From Felis catus (Eukaryota), in NCBI RefSeq assembly GCF_018350175.1, contig NC_058368.1, positions 234,734,001-234,798,000 of the forward strand: a stretch of 64,000 nt of DNA, in the 5' to 3' direction. Below are positions 1 through 12,730 of this stretch, piece after piece; the stretch's first letter is position 1; each line of letters begins with the position of its first letter. The notes beneath the pieces are model-generated. The model saw nothing but the letters and a program-made list of their open reading frames with translations, searched no databases and had not been told where the DNA came from. The position numbers and the translations under genes are program-made.

Positions 1-639
1 CTCAGTTCTCTGACAAGGGTCTCTAGGATCCGGGTTCCCGCCCACTGCTCCGCACTACCTCGGAAACCTTTCTGGGTTCCAGCCATGGAAACAGGCTTCT
101 GGCCCTTTCACTGCCTGTGTTGTTTGCTGTGCTATTCCACGGACTTGGAGTTTCTTCTGGGGGGACAATGTAAATGTCACCAAAACAAAACAAAAATAAT
201 ACTATCCGCAAATTCATATCCCTCGGTACATTTTTATTGGTACTTTAAGACCTAAAGGCTATTAGGTAAGTTGTTTGATGGAAAGCCTAAAACAAGGGAG
301 TCAACTTTCCAGCTAATTTCTGGGGGAACTTCATGCCAGACATAACGCACCCTCCAGATACAAAATATTCAGACAGGCAACATGCGAGTGGAAAGGCATG
401 GTGATCATCAGAGTCTTAGCACGGAGACGTTACAAGCACGTACGGAGGAAAGGACTGTATTCGTAAATTAACCGTTGTGTGGATGGCTTTGGAAATGATT
501 CTGGAGTGGCTGGTAAGAACAGCACAAGGTGTACCCAGCCTGCTCCAGCATCGACAGCTTCTTTAAAGAAATGACTCTTTTCCTCCTTTGGTACCTCCTG
601 TGTTTTCTACACTCATCAGGTGTTCTCCGCTCTGTCTCA

Positions 640-775
640 TTAAACTAATGACAACCATTAAGAGACAGATGTGACTGTACTAGGTATGGGGAGACAAACA
701 GAGCTCAGAGGTGAAATGACTCCTTCTGGGGCACAGAGCTGGAAGTGGGTGAGCCACTGTCAAATCTGGGTTTGC
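640..775 (-). mobile_element. MIR remnant
   Basis: 'ggagacaaacagagctcagaggtgaaatgact...cacagagctggaagtgg' resembles the reverse MIR core; degenerate. Confidence 0.5.
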
Positions 776-1699
776 TGGGAGGATCTTAGTGTCTCATCTT
801 CGTATCTTACCCAGACAGAAACAGAAGAAGGTGGGTTCTAGGAGAAATAAGTATTTAAAGAAACCCACTATAAGACGGGTCATGATTATGTTGTTCTGCC
901 ATGGGCCAGATACCTTCCTGAAACCTAAAAGTGATAAAGAACTGGTAAAAACGTAGTTCCTACAAAAGCTGTTAGGAGCCGGGCGCCCACCACCAGGTGC
1001 TTTAGCAGATGTCGTGACGGAAAAGGGACACTAGAGCTCTCCAGCCATGAATGTGCTCATTTTCTGACCACTTGCTCTTGCATGAGTCAAACGTTCGGAA
1101 ACCAGGGGATGTGTGTTCACGCGCGATGATGTGTGGTGCTTATCCAAAGAAGCAGGAGGTTTGCTTTGCTTTGTACCTTAAAAACAATTGTGTGGGACAA
1201 ATAACTTTATGGAAGAACACTCCATTGTTCCCGAGAAAAATTGGAGGTGCTTACGGGCAGCGCGTTTTCGTAGTTTTAACGGTTTATTGTTCTCCGCTGT
1301 CACCAGCGCATTCTTTCTTATCCATTAGTCCTTTTCACAGGTCTCTCTGTCTTGGTGCCCCTGACAGCCTATGGATGTAAGTACCTATTTCATCTTCCCT
1401 GTAACTGCTTTTGTACGGGCCTAACTGCTGAAGTCTGTGCTTGTATTATCCTTCCTCCCTTTGGCATCAGTATCTCTTCCTGCCCTGGCTTGTTCCCATC
1501 CGACGAAGGCGATACTGTGCCCTTTCTCACCTTAAAGAAACACAGAAGATAAAAGAAAAACCGCCTGAGATTCTGCGTAACCTTCTCCTCTGTCTGGCTT
1601 TGCTTCTCGTTAGAGCAAAAGCCTCCTCCACCTCCTGTAGGGTTTGACCCTCCTCCCGGTGCTCTCACCCTCCTCTTTCCAGCCCCACGGCTCACCCCT

Positions 1700-2350
1700 T
1701 GGACTCTTCTCTATCTGTCCTCACTCCTAGGTGTTCTCACCAACACCTCATTTTTAATGCCATAATATGCATCGGCATGTGACTGTCTCCTGCCTGCATG
1801 CCTGAGAGATGTTTTGATGTGACATGTCTGCAAAGGAAGTAATGTCTCATTACTTCCTGCTCCAAATCTGCTCTTCCCTCCATCTTCCCCACTCAGAGGA
1901 AGGCACCTCTGCTGGTGACTGGAAGCTCAGGCCCAAGACCCTGGGTTCTCCTTGGTTCTCCTTCTCACATACCTACTTCCAATTCATTAGCCTGGTCTTT
2001 CAGCCATAGTGTCAAAGTATACACAAATCTGAACCTGTCTGGCTCCCGCCATCCTGTCTACCCTGAGAGGACACACTGGCGTCTCTCACCGGGTTACCAT
2101 AATAACCTCCTGTCTTACCTGCCTGCCTCTACACATACTTTCTGGGGATGCCTTTTACAATGGCTCGAAGGGCCTTTTGAGATGTACGCTTCCTAGTTAC
2201 TCCCTTGCTCAAGGCCTTCAACGCATTCTCAACACCTTCAGGATAAAGTCTACATGCACCGCCATGGTCTACAAGACTCGAAATAAGCCGGGCCCTGCCA
2301 TGGACTTCACCAGTCTATTCACCCCAGCCGGCTCCCTCCCTCTGTCCATG
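1700..2350 (+). mobile_element. LINE-2 3' region remnant
   Basis: L2-like motifs 'aataacctcctgtcttacctgcctgcctct' and 'cttgctcaaggccttcaa...caggataaagtc'. Confidence 0.6.
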
Positions 2351-2379
2351 CTGACCTGCTGCAGGTCAGGAATTCACTG

Positions 2380-2600
2380 TGCTCCTCTCCTGTGCCAAGC
2401 TCTGTTCTAGGCTCCGGAGACAGGAGTTTAGATTTTAGCGGGGAAGACAGACACATCTACACACAGAGGGAGTGGGGTGTCTGCTGTGAAGGAAGCAGCA
2501 GAAGACAAAGACCCAGAGAGATGGAAGAGGATATTTCAGATGAGATGAGATGCAGGCATTGGGGCACAGACCTGCTGGGAATGTGTGAGGAGCCCTGAGA
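2380..2600 (-). mobile_element. LINE-2 remnant
   Basis: 'tgtgccaagctctgttctaggctccggagacagg...ggggaagacagaca' resembles the reverse L2 3' end. Confidence 0.45.
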
Positions 2601-3608
2601 AGACACGAGGGAGAGCCAATGTGGCGCGGGGGGCCTAGTAAATGGGGCAGTTCTTTTCTCTACAGGCAGGTGGCACAGGGCTGTCCCTTTCAGATTGTGG
2701 AAAGCCCCACAGTTCTGGGGCAAAGTGTAGGGGAGAGAAAAAGAGGTTAAGGGAAGGAGACACTGGGTTATAGACGGTTTGTCGGGTGATGGGACAGACA
2801 CACAAACAGACTGTAGCTTCACCCCTTGAGTGGGTGATACTTTCTGCTTTGGGGAATAGACTGGAGTTTCACGGACCCATAGAACTCACAGCAATCGGAA
2901 GGAATGGCTCCTCCGAGAGTCGGGATCATCGTCTGAAAGTGGTGGCACTGATCATGCAATCTTCATGTATTTTTCAGGCATCCTACAGTTAGTAACTTTT
3001 CAGAAAAATTAAGTCTTATTTAATTCCATCCCTGACTCATGGATTTTGATTGCTCATTGTTATCAGAGCCTCATTTCATCCTCAACGGAATGCCAAAAAT
3101 AAAGCAAACAGAATGGGTTTATTTGCTTCTCTTCAGTTTCATTCCCATGAAATTAAATAATGTCATCTGAAGCCAATCTACTTTCAAAGGGACTCTTCCA
3201 GATGAGTAACGTTTTTGGATGTATTTGTTTCTTTTAAAATAATTTCTTAAACAAAAAAAAAAAACACTTTGAGCTTTTATGTTTTACTTATAGGTGTTTT
3301 AAACCTTTCTTTATAATGAGGTCATTAATTTTGATATACAATTACAATTTTTTATCTGTATCTAGGGCTTTTTCATTTGAATGTTAGTAGGCCTTACTAT
3401 TTATTTTCGGGGGTGTGATTTAGAGAGAGTAGCTAAAGAGAAAGGTTTATAAAATGTACAAGTCTGAAATATCATGCTCATCCATTCAGCATTGAGTAAG
3501 CAACTTTTGTGTTCCAGGCACTATTATAAACAGGAATCCTTGCTCAAATGGAGCTTATATTTTTTCTCTGCAAAATAATGCATTTATTTCTTGCACAGAA
3601 AGGTAATT

Positions 3609-3764
3609 AATAGATAGCTTAGATACATAGATAGGTAAATGTATGTATGTGTGTATGTATAGATGGATGGTGGATGGATAGATGGATGGATGGACAGATG
3701 GACGACAGATGGGTCGTTGGATGGACAAATAAATATGTAGATTGATAGATAGATAGATAGATAG
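3609..3764. repeat. Compound (GATA)n/(GGAT)n microsatellite
   Basis: Directly visible GATA and GGAT tetramer runs. Confidence 0.9.
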
Positions 3765-4138
3765 ACTTACAGCCCCCATATATTTTTTTCACTTTCCACT
3801 GTTTTTATCACCCATAGTTTTGATTCTTAACCCAAGGAAGAATTCTGTGCATTACACTGAGGTGTACAAAGACATATACAGCTCAACTCAGTATGTGATT
3901 GGAGAAGCTACACAGGTCTACATAGGTGAGAATGCCCCATAGTCCCTTTGGGGACTGCCACCAGGCACAGTCAGATTGGCAAGATTAGACAGGTGTGAGG
4001 CTGCATGCAAAACAAAGTGGGTCAGAGAAGGGCCCCCAAAAGTGGGCTTGAGTTCAAGGAAGTGGCATGTCACTGCACTTGAGTTTGGTGAGATGTGGCA
4101 AATAAGTGAATGTGAAATCTCTTTCAGCTGTAAGCATT

Positions 4139-4588
4139 TGCAGTGAGTTCAATACTGTCCCTCTAGAATTCACACCATCCTGGAACCTCAGTATATAACC
4201 TCACTGGAAATAGGGTCTTTGCAGGTATAAATAAGTATCTTGAGGTGCACTTATCTTGGACTTAAGGTGGGTCTTATGTCCAGTGGCTGGTGTCCTTATA
4301 ATAAAAGGAAAGAACACACAGGAGGCAGAGAAGAAGGCGATGTGTGGATGGGGCAGAGGTTGGAGTGATGCAAGGGCATGCAAGCCCAGAGAGGCCACGG
4401 GTCCCGAGTGCCACCAGCAGCTGGAAGAGGCATGGAAGATCATCCCCTCATGCCTTCTCAGGGAGCACATCCATGCTGACCCCTAAATTCCCATTTCTGT
4501 CTCCTAGAACTGTGAGAGTAAAGACCTGATGTTTTAAGCCACTGGGTTTATGGTCATTTGTTACAGCAGTCCTAGGAAAATAATTCAG
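4139..4588 (+). mobile_element. MLT1 (ERVL-MaLR) solo LTR, MLT1C/D-like
   Basis: 'ggaaatagggtctttgcagg', 'ggtgtccttataa', and 3' end 'ggtcatttgttacagcagtcctaggaaaataattca'. Confidence 0.8.
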
Positions 4589-4721
4589 CATTGCAGAGAA
4601 GTAAGGCGCTGTTTTTCTCTTTCTGATTGAGCATGGAGAGATACATTTTGAAGGGACGTTGAAAATTGAAAACTGGGAGAAGTAGGGTCTGTATTAGTTT
4701 CTCACAAATATAGTAGAGACC

Positions 4722-4800
4722 TGTCTGACCTTAGGGAAGATAGAACCTCTCAATGTCTCAATTTCCTTATCTGTTAACTGAGAAGAATAATAGTATCAAA
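4722..4800 (+). mobile_element. MIR core fragment
   Basis: 'ctgaccttaggg...aacctctcaatgtctcaatttccttatctgttaa...aataatagta'. Confidence 0.6.
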
Positions 4801-7800
4801 CTCCTACGGTCTGCCTCAGAGTCCACTCTCTAACCATTGTGCTGTGCCCCACTTCTCTCTGGTGGTCTCCAGTAGACCCACATGGCTATGGGGGTCAGTT
4901 TGCCAAAAGAAGGTGGATGCTCTTCACATGAAAAGATAAACAAAGCATCAGATGTTAGCTAAATGCCATACATGTCAATTTTTTTGATAAACAAAATACT
5001 TAAAATGCATACTTAAAAACATAGACATGTTAATAACAAAAATAAATTAGTAGTAATTGCTGCTTAAGTGAAGACACACAAATGTGTAGTTTATGAAAAT
5101 ATATCGATTTTAATTATTTACAGCTTTTACAAAATGGCCTACTTAATATAAACCTTTCTTAACTCTTTGTCCAAGTATATGTCACAGATACGCAAGTGGC
5201 CAGATTGAAAGCGGGAATTTGGGTAAATCCAGAATGGGCTAAAGCTTTTGGGGACCACAGGGAAGTGACCAGGAAGAAGAGGAGCTAGTGGTAAGGGGGT
5301 GCATGAGGGGCCTTACCTGTAAAAGTCAACCTGAAGAAGGCCAGAACAGGCATGTGTAAGTGTGGAATGGAAATTCAGATCTAAGGAGAAGAATGGGGTA
5401 GTCCTGTGTTTCCCCCCAGGAAGCTTCGTGTACAGTTAGCAGGTGTCATTCTATCTGATGGGCCGGTAGGTGAGTGTGACTTACCATCATCTGACATCAG
5501 TGAGGCACTCTGAGTTTTTGTTTTTGTTTTATTTTGTTTGTTTCTACTACTCAAAAGCTAGAGGTGATCTAGAGTAGAATGGATTGTATGTTTCCACCAA
5601 TGGGGAAAAGCGTGGTATTCCCAAGGCTTCCATACTGACCACAGGTGAAAAGTTGTTTGGCAGTCAAGTGGCCACATCCATTTCTGTGGGTCAGAAAGTT
5701 TGCTGCTAACACATCTGCTCTTGCTAAAGAAAGCCGGTGCTTTGATTTGGCTGCCTGAGGGATGCTAATAAATAATAGAATATGTCTCTCTTTTTCTTTT
5801 TTCTAATCACATTAAACAGACATCACGGAGTTGCCTGGAATCTGAGCTTCTCTTTGTTTTCTTGTCCTTCTTCTTTTATATTTTGATCTCGTTAAATAAT
5901 TTTGAGCAGCCCCTGACCCACATGGCCACAGTCAAGAGAGATGCTGGGGATTTTCACTGATGTTTCAGGCTGCTTTCCTTTTAGAAGACTGATCTCCATT
6001 AGTGGAGAAGGGCTTTGTCTCAAGTCAAGTCTGCTCCCAAACAGTTATCAATACATTTTGTCTTGGATGTAGACACTGAAGCCTTTATTGATACTGATAG
6101 TATGTACAGATGGAATCGGTAAGTGAGCGAGTGAGTGTTGAGTGAATGGTCTCGTCATTTTGAGCAAAAGGATAGAGAGAGAGGAACCAACTGGAGGCAA
6201 AGAGGGGCCAACCTCCCAAAGTTCTCACAGGGTGGGTACACGGCCATGTCAGAATGAAGCACAGGGCAGGGTACGGGTGCAGACCCACGAGTGCCTACAC
6301 CAGGGACTGGGTGAGCCATTTCCCCAGGAACATCTGGCCAAATGAATTCCTGAAAAAAAACAAAAACAAACCCACAATCATTTAGAAATCAAGAATAGAG
6401 AGGGATAGAACATAGATGCTGAGTAAACAGGCAGAAGTGTCTGCCATGGGCTCTTGTGACCTTTGCCATATATGGCATTTTTAGGGCACAGAAGTCAAAT
6501 TGTTTTTAGACATAGCTCTGTTTCCCTTCATGGTTTCCAGTTGTAGCTGGAGAGCCTTCTTGATGCCTATGATCCCTAAACAGTGACTTATGTTTTATTT
6601 TAGTGCTTTTATTTTGGACCACATAGTCTAAATCTTGGGTTCATTTGGGTATCTGGGGAGGGAGAGGGATCCGCATCCATCAGGGTCCCTTAGTGAACAG
6701 ACTGCAGAGGTGCGGTGGGATTGAGACAGTCCGCGTGTGCTGCTCAGGACCCCGGGAAGGAAGAACACTGGAGCTGTTCTCGGCTTCTGCTCCACATTGG
6801 TGATGGCTGGAGCTACAGAAGGGGCGGCAGTGTGTTGGAGGGTGGTGGGAACACACTCACAGCCAGGGCGATGTGCCTGGAGCAGGGAGACAGAAATACC
6901 TTGACCTTTCTCTGTTCCTAGTCCCAAATCTGTCAGTGACTCCCTGGCTGAACCTAATGTCCAGCCAGAGGTCAAGGCAGCCTTGAAGTGCTGTCTTCTG
7001 CCCCCGGAGCACAGCGCTGGGCAGAGGGGAGGTCTGTCGTGGGTGGAGGGGATACAAATAATCATAGTAACCGGTTTTCCACTACTTGTGAACTTGTCCC
7101 CAACATCCCTTTTGTTCTCTACCAATAAATTCGGGTGCTTGTTTTGTGTCTGTATATTTCACTAAAATGGCCAGAGCTGGACAGAATATCTGATTAAAAT
7201 TTGGAGAGTGTGAGTATTTGGGCTCTTCAATGAGTTTCCGGAAAACCATGATGCAGGCTGAGAGATGAGGCGATGGAAAATCCTATTGTATTCAGGACAG
7301 CGTGCGTGTGTCCATTCATGAATGCATCCATTCATCACTGTGCTCTGATTCCACCTGGGCTCCTGCTGGCCCGAGTCAAGGGTGTGTGTGAGGCATTCTA
7401 GGGGGCGAGGCCCACGAGGAGGCTCAGAGCCTGAGCAGGATGTCCCTGGGGACGTTCCTGGTCACGGTGTCTGGAAACATTCACGAGGGGACGTGCGTGC
7501 CCTGGTACCTTGGAAGGACTCACATCACTCTTTGCTGGCAGATGCTGCTGTCCGCCTACGCATAGTTCCAGTTGTTTCTGCAGTGGGGGTGCTTTCTAAA
7601 GTGAAGGCGCACAGGGCTCCGGAGGCCGCAGTGGCCACAGCCGCGCCCTGGGGGACACCGCGGGGTGACTTGGGAAGGCACCGGCTGGGTTCCTCACGAG
7701 AAAAAAGTGAAGTGGAGATTCTGCAGCTGAGAGCTGATGTTGGCATAACCACCCTTCATGTTCTTTGAACATAATTGAAGGTCCACTCATTTTACTTAAA

Positions 7801-9856
7801 ACAAAATCCCTAAATGCAAAATGAATGTTTTGGTAACATCTAGTTTAGAAACACGCATTTGTGTGCAGCTTCGAGCAGGGGATTCGATGAATAAATGGAC
7901 GGGAATGAAAGAGCCTTGGCCTCCGTCCAAGCACAGACTAAAATTTAGCGGTCATATTTCCCCCTCTATTTTGTTTTTTAAAACCCTAAGCCACTTAGTA
8001 TTTATTCAAAATACTTAGCTGTTAGTGTAGGCATTAATCGTATTAACCTAAGAAATTGTGTTTGAGTTGGAAAAGATTATTTAGAAATAGTTTGAAATTC
8101 ATTCCCCGGAAAGGCAAGTTCAGAAAATAATTTCAAAAGCGAATCCCTTGGTTCTGGTTTGAATTATTATTCAACTAAGTTTTAGTGACTGCGTTAGAAT
8201 TATTTTTAAAAATGGATAATTCATGCTCTAAATAAATCCCATCCTCCTTTCTTGAGGATATACTAAGAGATGAGGCTGTACCATTTGTCTGTGGTTAAGG
8301 AGGGTTTGTCTTGGGTCCAGAATGTTCACGTGGAGTGGGAGATTTCCTGGGGGAAATTTTGCAATGAGACTTTCTTCCTTCAGGGTAAGAGTTGGAAGGA
8401 ACACAGGACTAACGCTCCTCACAGGAGCCTCTCAGGTGACGATACCAAATGCCGAAACCAATGAAGCCGACCACAGAACCAGGGCTGGACAAAGAGAAAG
8501 TGAGGGTGTGTTCTTCCCTGCACATAAACAATGTGTTAGAGGAAACCTTTACAAATGGAATACATAGATCGCCAAATCACTCCGCCCACTTCCAAATGAG
8601 CAAATTGGGTTTTTCATAAATAGGAAGAATATCATGGGGGCCAATGGTACATTGTGATTCAGCCCAGAGAAGATGAAACAATCGCTTAATGTAAAATGCA
8701 CAGACAGTTACAGGAACCCATAAATATTTGACAACAAAAGAATACATCATGACTCTCATGTACGGCAGACAATCATGATCGTGATGCAAAAGCCCCGATT
8801 TGATCAGATCGCGTGAAAATCTTGCCAGTTAAGGGTAAGAAAGGATACAAACCCAAGTGATCAGGAATCTCAACTGGCCCGAGGGAAAAGCCAGGAGAGC
8901 CAGTCGAGGGTTTTGAGAAGCAAAAGCAGTCTGATCTCCTCTTTTCACGGAACAGCTCCTGAACAGGATGTACTCCCAGGACCCGGCTGGGCGCTGTGAG
9001 AGGAGGAAGCCGGGCAAACGGACCCAGGCGGAGCTGCTGCCCTGCTGCTCTCCCAGCTCCTGCCCTTCCCGGAAGGAGGACACCCAACAAGGACACCCCA
9101 CCAGCTCAGAGGAGCATGCCAGTCTGGTCCCGGAGGAGCAAGAGGGTGAAAGGACTGGGTCAGGTCAGGGACGGAGCAGCACAGGTCAAGGAGGAGCTCC
9201 GAGGATGAGGGGCGGCATTCCTTGGCAGGCATTCAATGCTTTTGTGAAAATCAATTTACTCCGTAGCGAGGAAGAACTCCCCACAGACCACCCCCTGCCT
9301 GGTGAGGTTGTTAGCTCTGCATTTTCTGGATGGATTGATGCGGGTCCCCGGACTGGTCCGGGGTGTTCACACTGCTAAATCTTGACTCCAGGCATATGGC
9401 AGGGATGTCTCATCCTTTTGGGGGGAACAAGTGAGGGTTCCCCTCCCTCCCCCGGCCTGCAGGGCTGCAGGAGGAGGGAAGGGGAAGCAGACCATCCCAG
9501 GCTGCCCACACCTGGCCTAAAGCACGTGGGCAGCGAATGCAGTGGGTTCGTTTTCACAATTGCATATTGCGCGCGGTGTATTTCAGATTCGAGTCCCAGC
9601 CCAGGCTGCACACACATGTCCTACTGGAAAGCCTCTCTTCCCGTTTAAATGTCCAGGAAACGGCGTTTTGCAGGATTTTTAGAAAGGGTATTTATATGTA
9701 GTGCATGTTTACGTGTCTCTTGCAAGAAAACAAATTGAAACAAACATTCCAATGGATCTAATCACTTATTAACTATTATCTCTGGGCCCTTACTGATTTG
9801 ACAACATATATATAAGTAACTCACTCTTCTCCGCTTTAATATCTTATTTTCAAGGA

Positions 9857-10220
9857 TGCTACGGACTGACTGTCCCTCAAGCATTCCTGTGTTGAAGACC
9901 GATAGAGGAAGGGCCCCTCAGAGGTAATTAAGGCTTAATGAGGTCATAAGGGTTGGGTCCCTAAGCCAGTGGCATAGGTGGCCTTACAAAGAGAGGGAGA
10001 GAGAGCTCTGTCCCTTTCAGGGCTGGCCCGGAGAAGAGGCCGTGGGAGGCTGTCTGCAGGCAAGGAGAGGGCCCTCACCACCAACGCCCCCCACCTCCCC
10101 TGCCACGCTGACACCCTGATCTTGGACATCCAGCTGTCAGAGCTGTGAGAACGTAAATTTCTGTGGTGTCAGCTGCCCTGTGTGTGGTCATTGTCAGAGC
10201 AGCCAGAGACCAACGCAAAG
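9857..10220 (+). mobile_element. MLT1A/MST-like MaLR LTR
   Basis: 'gaggtaattaaggcttaatgaggtcataaggg', 'ctgacaccctgatcttggacatccagc...agctgtgagaacgtaaatttctg'. Confidence 0.75.
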
Positions 10221-11105
10221 CAGAACCTTGTTCGTCCTGGGCAGGCGGCTTCGATGTGATTCTGCAGACTCCAGGGCGCTGGATCGCCGCCCATGATGCT
10301 GCCTGAGGGACCTCCCCGGACATGCCTCCCCCCCCGCCCCACTCCAGCTCTTTGGGAGGAGCCCGAAGAGCTCGGCTCGCCCTCCTCAGGTCTGGTTTGC
10401 TCAGCCTGCTTCAGACGGGCACTTACTTCCCTAGCCTTCCATTAGTCGCATTTCTTCTTCTGGACCTGGTTTCTTTCTGTGCCATTTCCCGGAGCGCCCT
10501 GGGAAGGCCCTGCCCCATGAGTCCTGTGGGGCATACAGTTGACGCCGTGTAGACGCAGATCCGGGGTGGACTGAAACGCCGTGTTCCTCAAAGTGCTTTG
10601 AACAAAAAGCCGGTCGCTTTGCCCCGCGAGAGTGGTAAAAGCAAGAATGGAATTGAGGGCTATAACTTGATCCCTGTAACAGATTGCACTGGCCTGGCAT
10701 GAAGCGAATTGAACGAGATGAAAAGATAGTGCCCCGAAGGTTTGAAGCTCCGAGAAAGAGAATGGGCGCGGAGCCCCCCCACGAGGCAGTAAATCCTCAT
10801 GATCTTCTGGGAACGTTTGCATTCATAGGTTTGCGTTGAGGGACAACAGCCAGGTGAGTGGATGGAGGAGTGAGTATTTGGATGGGTTGGGAGAGGGCAA
10901 CAGCTCCCTCATCCCCAGGGCGAGGCTGCGGGTCACCGCCTGATGTAAAGACAGAGGGGCACCCGTGTAGCAGCATCAGACATCAGACCGCTGCTGGCCA
11001 CCTTCTAACCCCGCTGCCCAGTCACTGCAGGCTGCCCGGGGTGGATTCTCTTTCCAAAAGGACTTGGACATTGGCTGTGGAGCATCTGATACTAATAATA
11101 AAATC

Positions 11106-11277
11106 GGGGTACCTGGGTGGCTCAGTTGGTTCAGCGTCCGACTTTGGCTCAGGTCTTGATCTCGTGGTCCGTGTGTTCGAGCCCCACGTCGGGTTCTGTG
11201 CTGACAGCTTGGAGCCTGGAACCTGCTTTGGAGTCCGTGTCTCCCTCTCTCTCTCTCTGTCCCTCCCCTGCTCACAC

Positions 11278-11322
<45 letters not shown>

Positions 11323-11345
11323 AATAAATAAACATTTAAAAAATT
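11106..11345 (+). mobile_element. CanSINE (feliform type)
   Basis: tRNA-derived head 'ggggtacctgggtggctcagttgg', (CT)n tract, A-rich tail 'aaaaataaataaacatt'. Confidence 0.95.
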
Positions 11346-11439
11346 AAATACAAAATGAAGCATACAAATCTACTCCCTTGAGACTGAGGTCTAGGGAAGA
11401 GTCAGCAGCAACAGGCATTTCTGCATGCCGGGTGCACTC

Positions 11440-11560
11440 ACGTGCCCTGTTTCATGGGACCTAACAAACCAGCGAGGCCAAAGCTGTCATCACCCAGATT
11501 TTAAAGACAAGACAGTTGATACCCAGAGAAGTGAAATGATGTGAACAAGGCCACATCACG
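11440..11560 (-). mobile_element. MIR remnant
   Basis: 'cccagattttaaagacaagacagttgatacccagagaagtgaaatga...caaggccaca' resembles the reverse MIR core. Confidence 0.5.
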
Positions 11561-12346
11561 AGTAACCGGCAGAGCTGGAGGTCCGGGGCCACTTGGCCTC
11601 AGAGCCCCCGCTCCTGGACACATCAGGGCAGCCGATGTGCCGATGGTGGGCACGGTCCCCAGTGATCCCTGACAGAGTGCTCCAAATAACCTTTCTTCTC
11701 GAGCGCGTTCTGACTTCCCTACTCATTCCTTCTATGGCACTTTCTGGGAAAGACCCACTGAAATGTTCCCACAGTTCTTTGTCCTCGTTTTTTGTTTTTT
11801 TTTTTTTTTCTTGGTCGTGTGGACTGTGTATGATGTGGTGCCATGAAAGGATGATGTGGCTGCTTGAAAGGGCACATTCTGATGACCCACCATTGATCTC
11901 ATGCTTGCTCGTCCTGAAGTCATGGCTGTGCAGCAGGGGTCCAACTGGAGGCCACGCGGCCACAGTCTGGGCTCCGCTGGCTGGGAGGGGTGTCGCCGGG
12001 GCTGCCCAGAGGACTGCGGAGTCTCCTGGGAGAGAAAATGCCTTGAGAGAAGAGAGATGTGGCTGCTCCAGGAGGAAGGCCTCTATCCCTTGAGGGGCTC
12101 TGACTCCACCTGGCTTTGTGACTCCAAAAAGCCCCTCTCTGGTTCCCCGTGGACTCGGTCCAAAGAGGGTGGGGGCTCTTCGTGAGTAAGAGCTCTTTTA
12201 TTAAAACAAGCGGCAGGGCTCAGGTTCGGGTAAGGCCAGCGAGGTGACCAGCACCCCATGCAAGAGGCAGCTTCCTTCTCTCAGAACTGACCTGGGCTCG
12301 TACCGCCCTGGGGTGGGGGGTCTCACTCACCTCCCACTAATACCTG

Positions 12347-12730
12347 CTGTTATGGGTTGACCTGTGTCCCTCCAAAAAAAGTGTGCTGAAGTTCTAACCT
12401 CCAGTGCCTCATTGGTCCTGTACAAAGGTGACAATGAGGCCAGTAGGTGGTCTTAATCCAATATGATGGGTGTCCCTATGAAAAGGGGAGATTTGGACAC
12501 AGATATGCACCCAGGAAGAGTGCCACGTGTAGGTGAAGCCAGAGATTAGGGAGATCTAGCGTCTATAAGGCAAGGAATCTGCAGGGATGGCGGGGGAGCA
12601 CCTGCAGGTGGAGAGAGTTCTGGAACACATGCTCCTCAGAGCCTCAGAAGGATCCGACAGTGTCCACCCCTTGATTTCCGACCCCTGTCCTCATGAGCTG
12701 TGAGACGGTTCCCTCTGTTGTTTAAACAAG
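12347..12730 (+). mobile_element. MLT1B/C-like MaLR LTR
   Basis: Starts 'tgttatgggttgacctgtgtccctccaaaa'; contains 'taatccaatatgatgggtgtccctatgaaaaggggagatttggacacaga'. Confidence 0.8.

Noticed and set aside
11106..11190. tRNA-like A/B boxes
   Set aside because: This is the head of a tRNA-derived SINE, not a tRNA gene; the same applies to all other copies
10858..11363. ORFs with 'ERERER', 'AQVMISR' or 'SGHDL' peptides, recurring across the window
   Set aside because: All are CanSINE translations; the apparent protein family is a repeat artefact
11825..11920. C/D snoRNA-like TGATG...CTGA words
   Set aside because: No correctly placed canonical box C and no terminal stem
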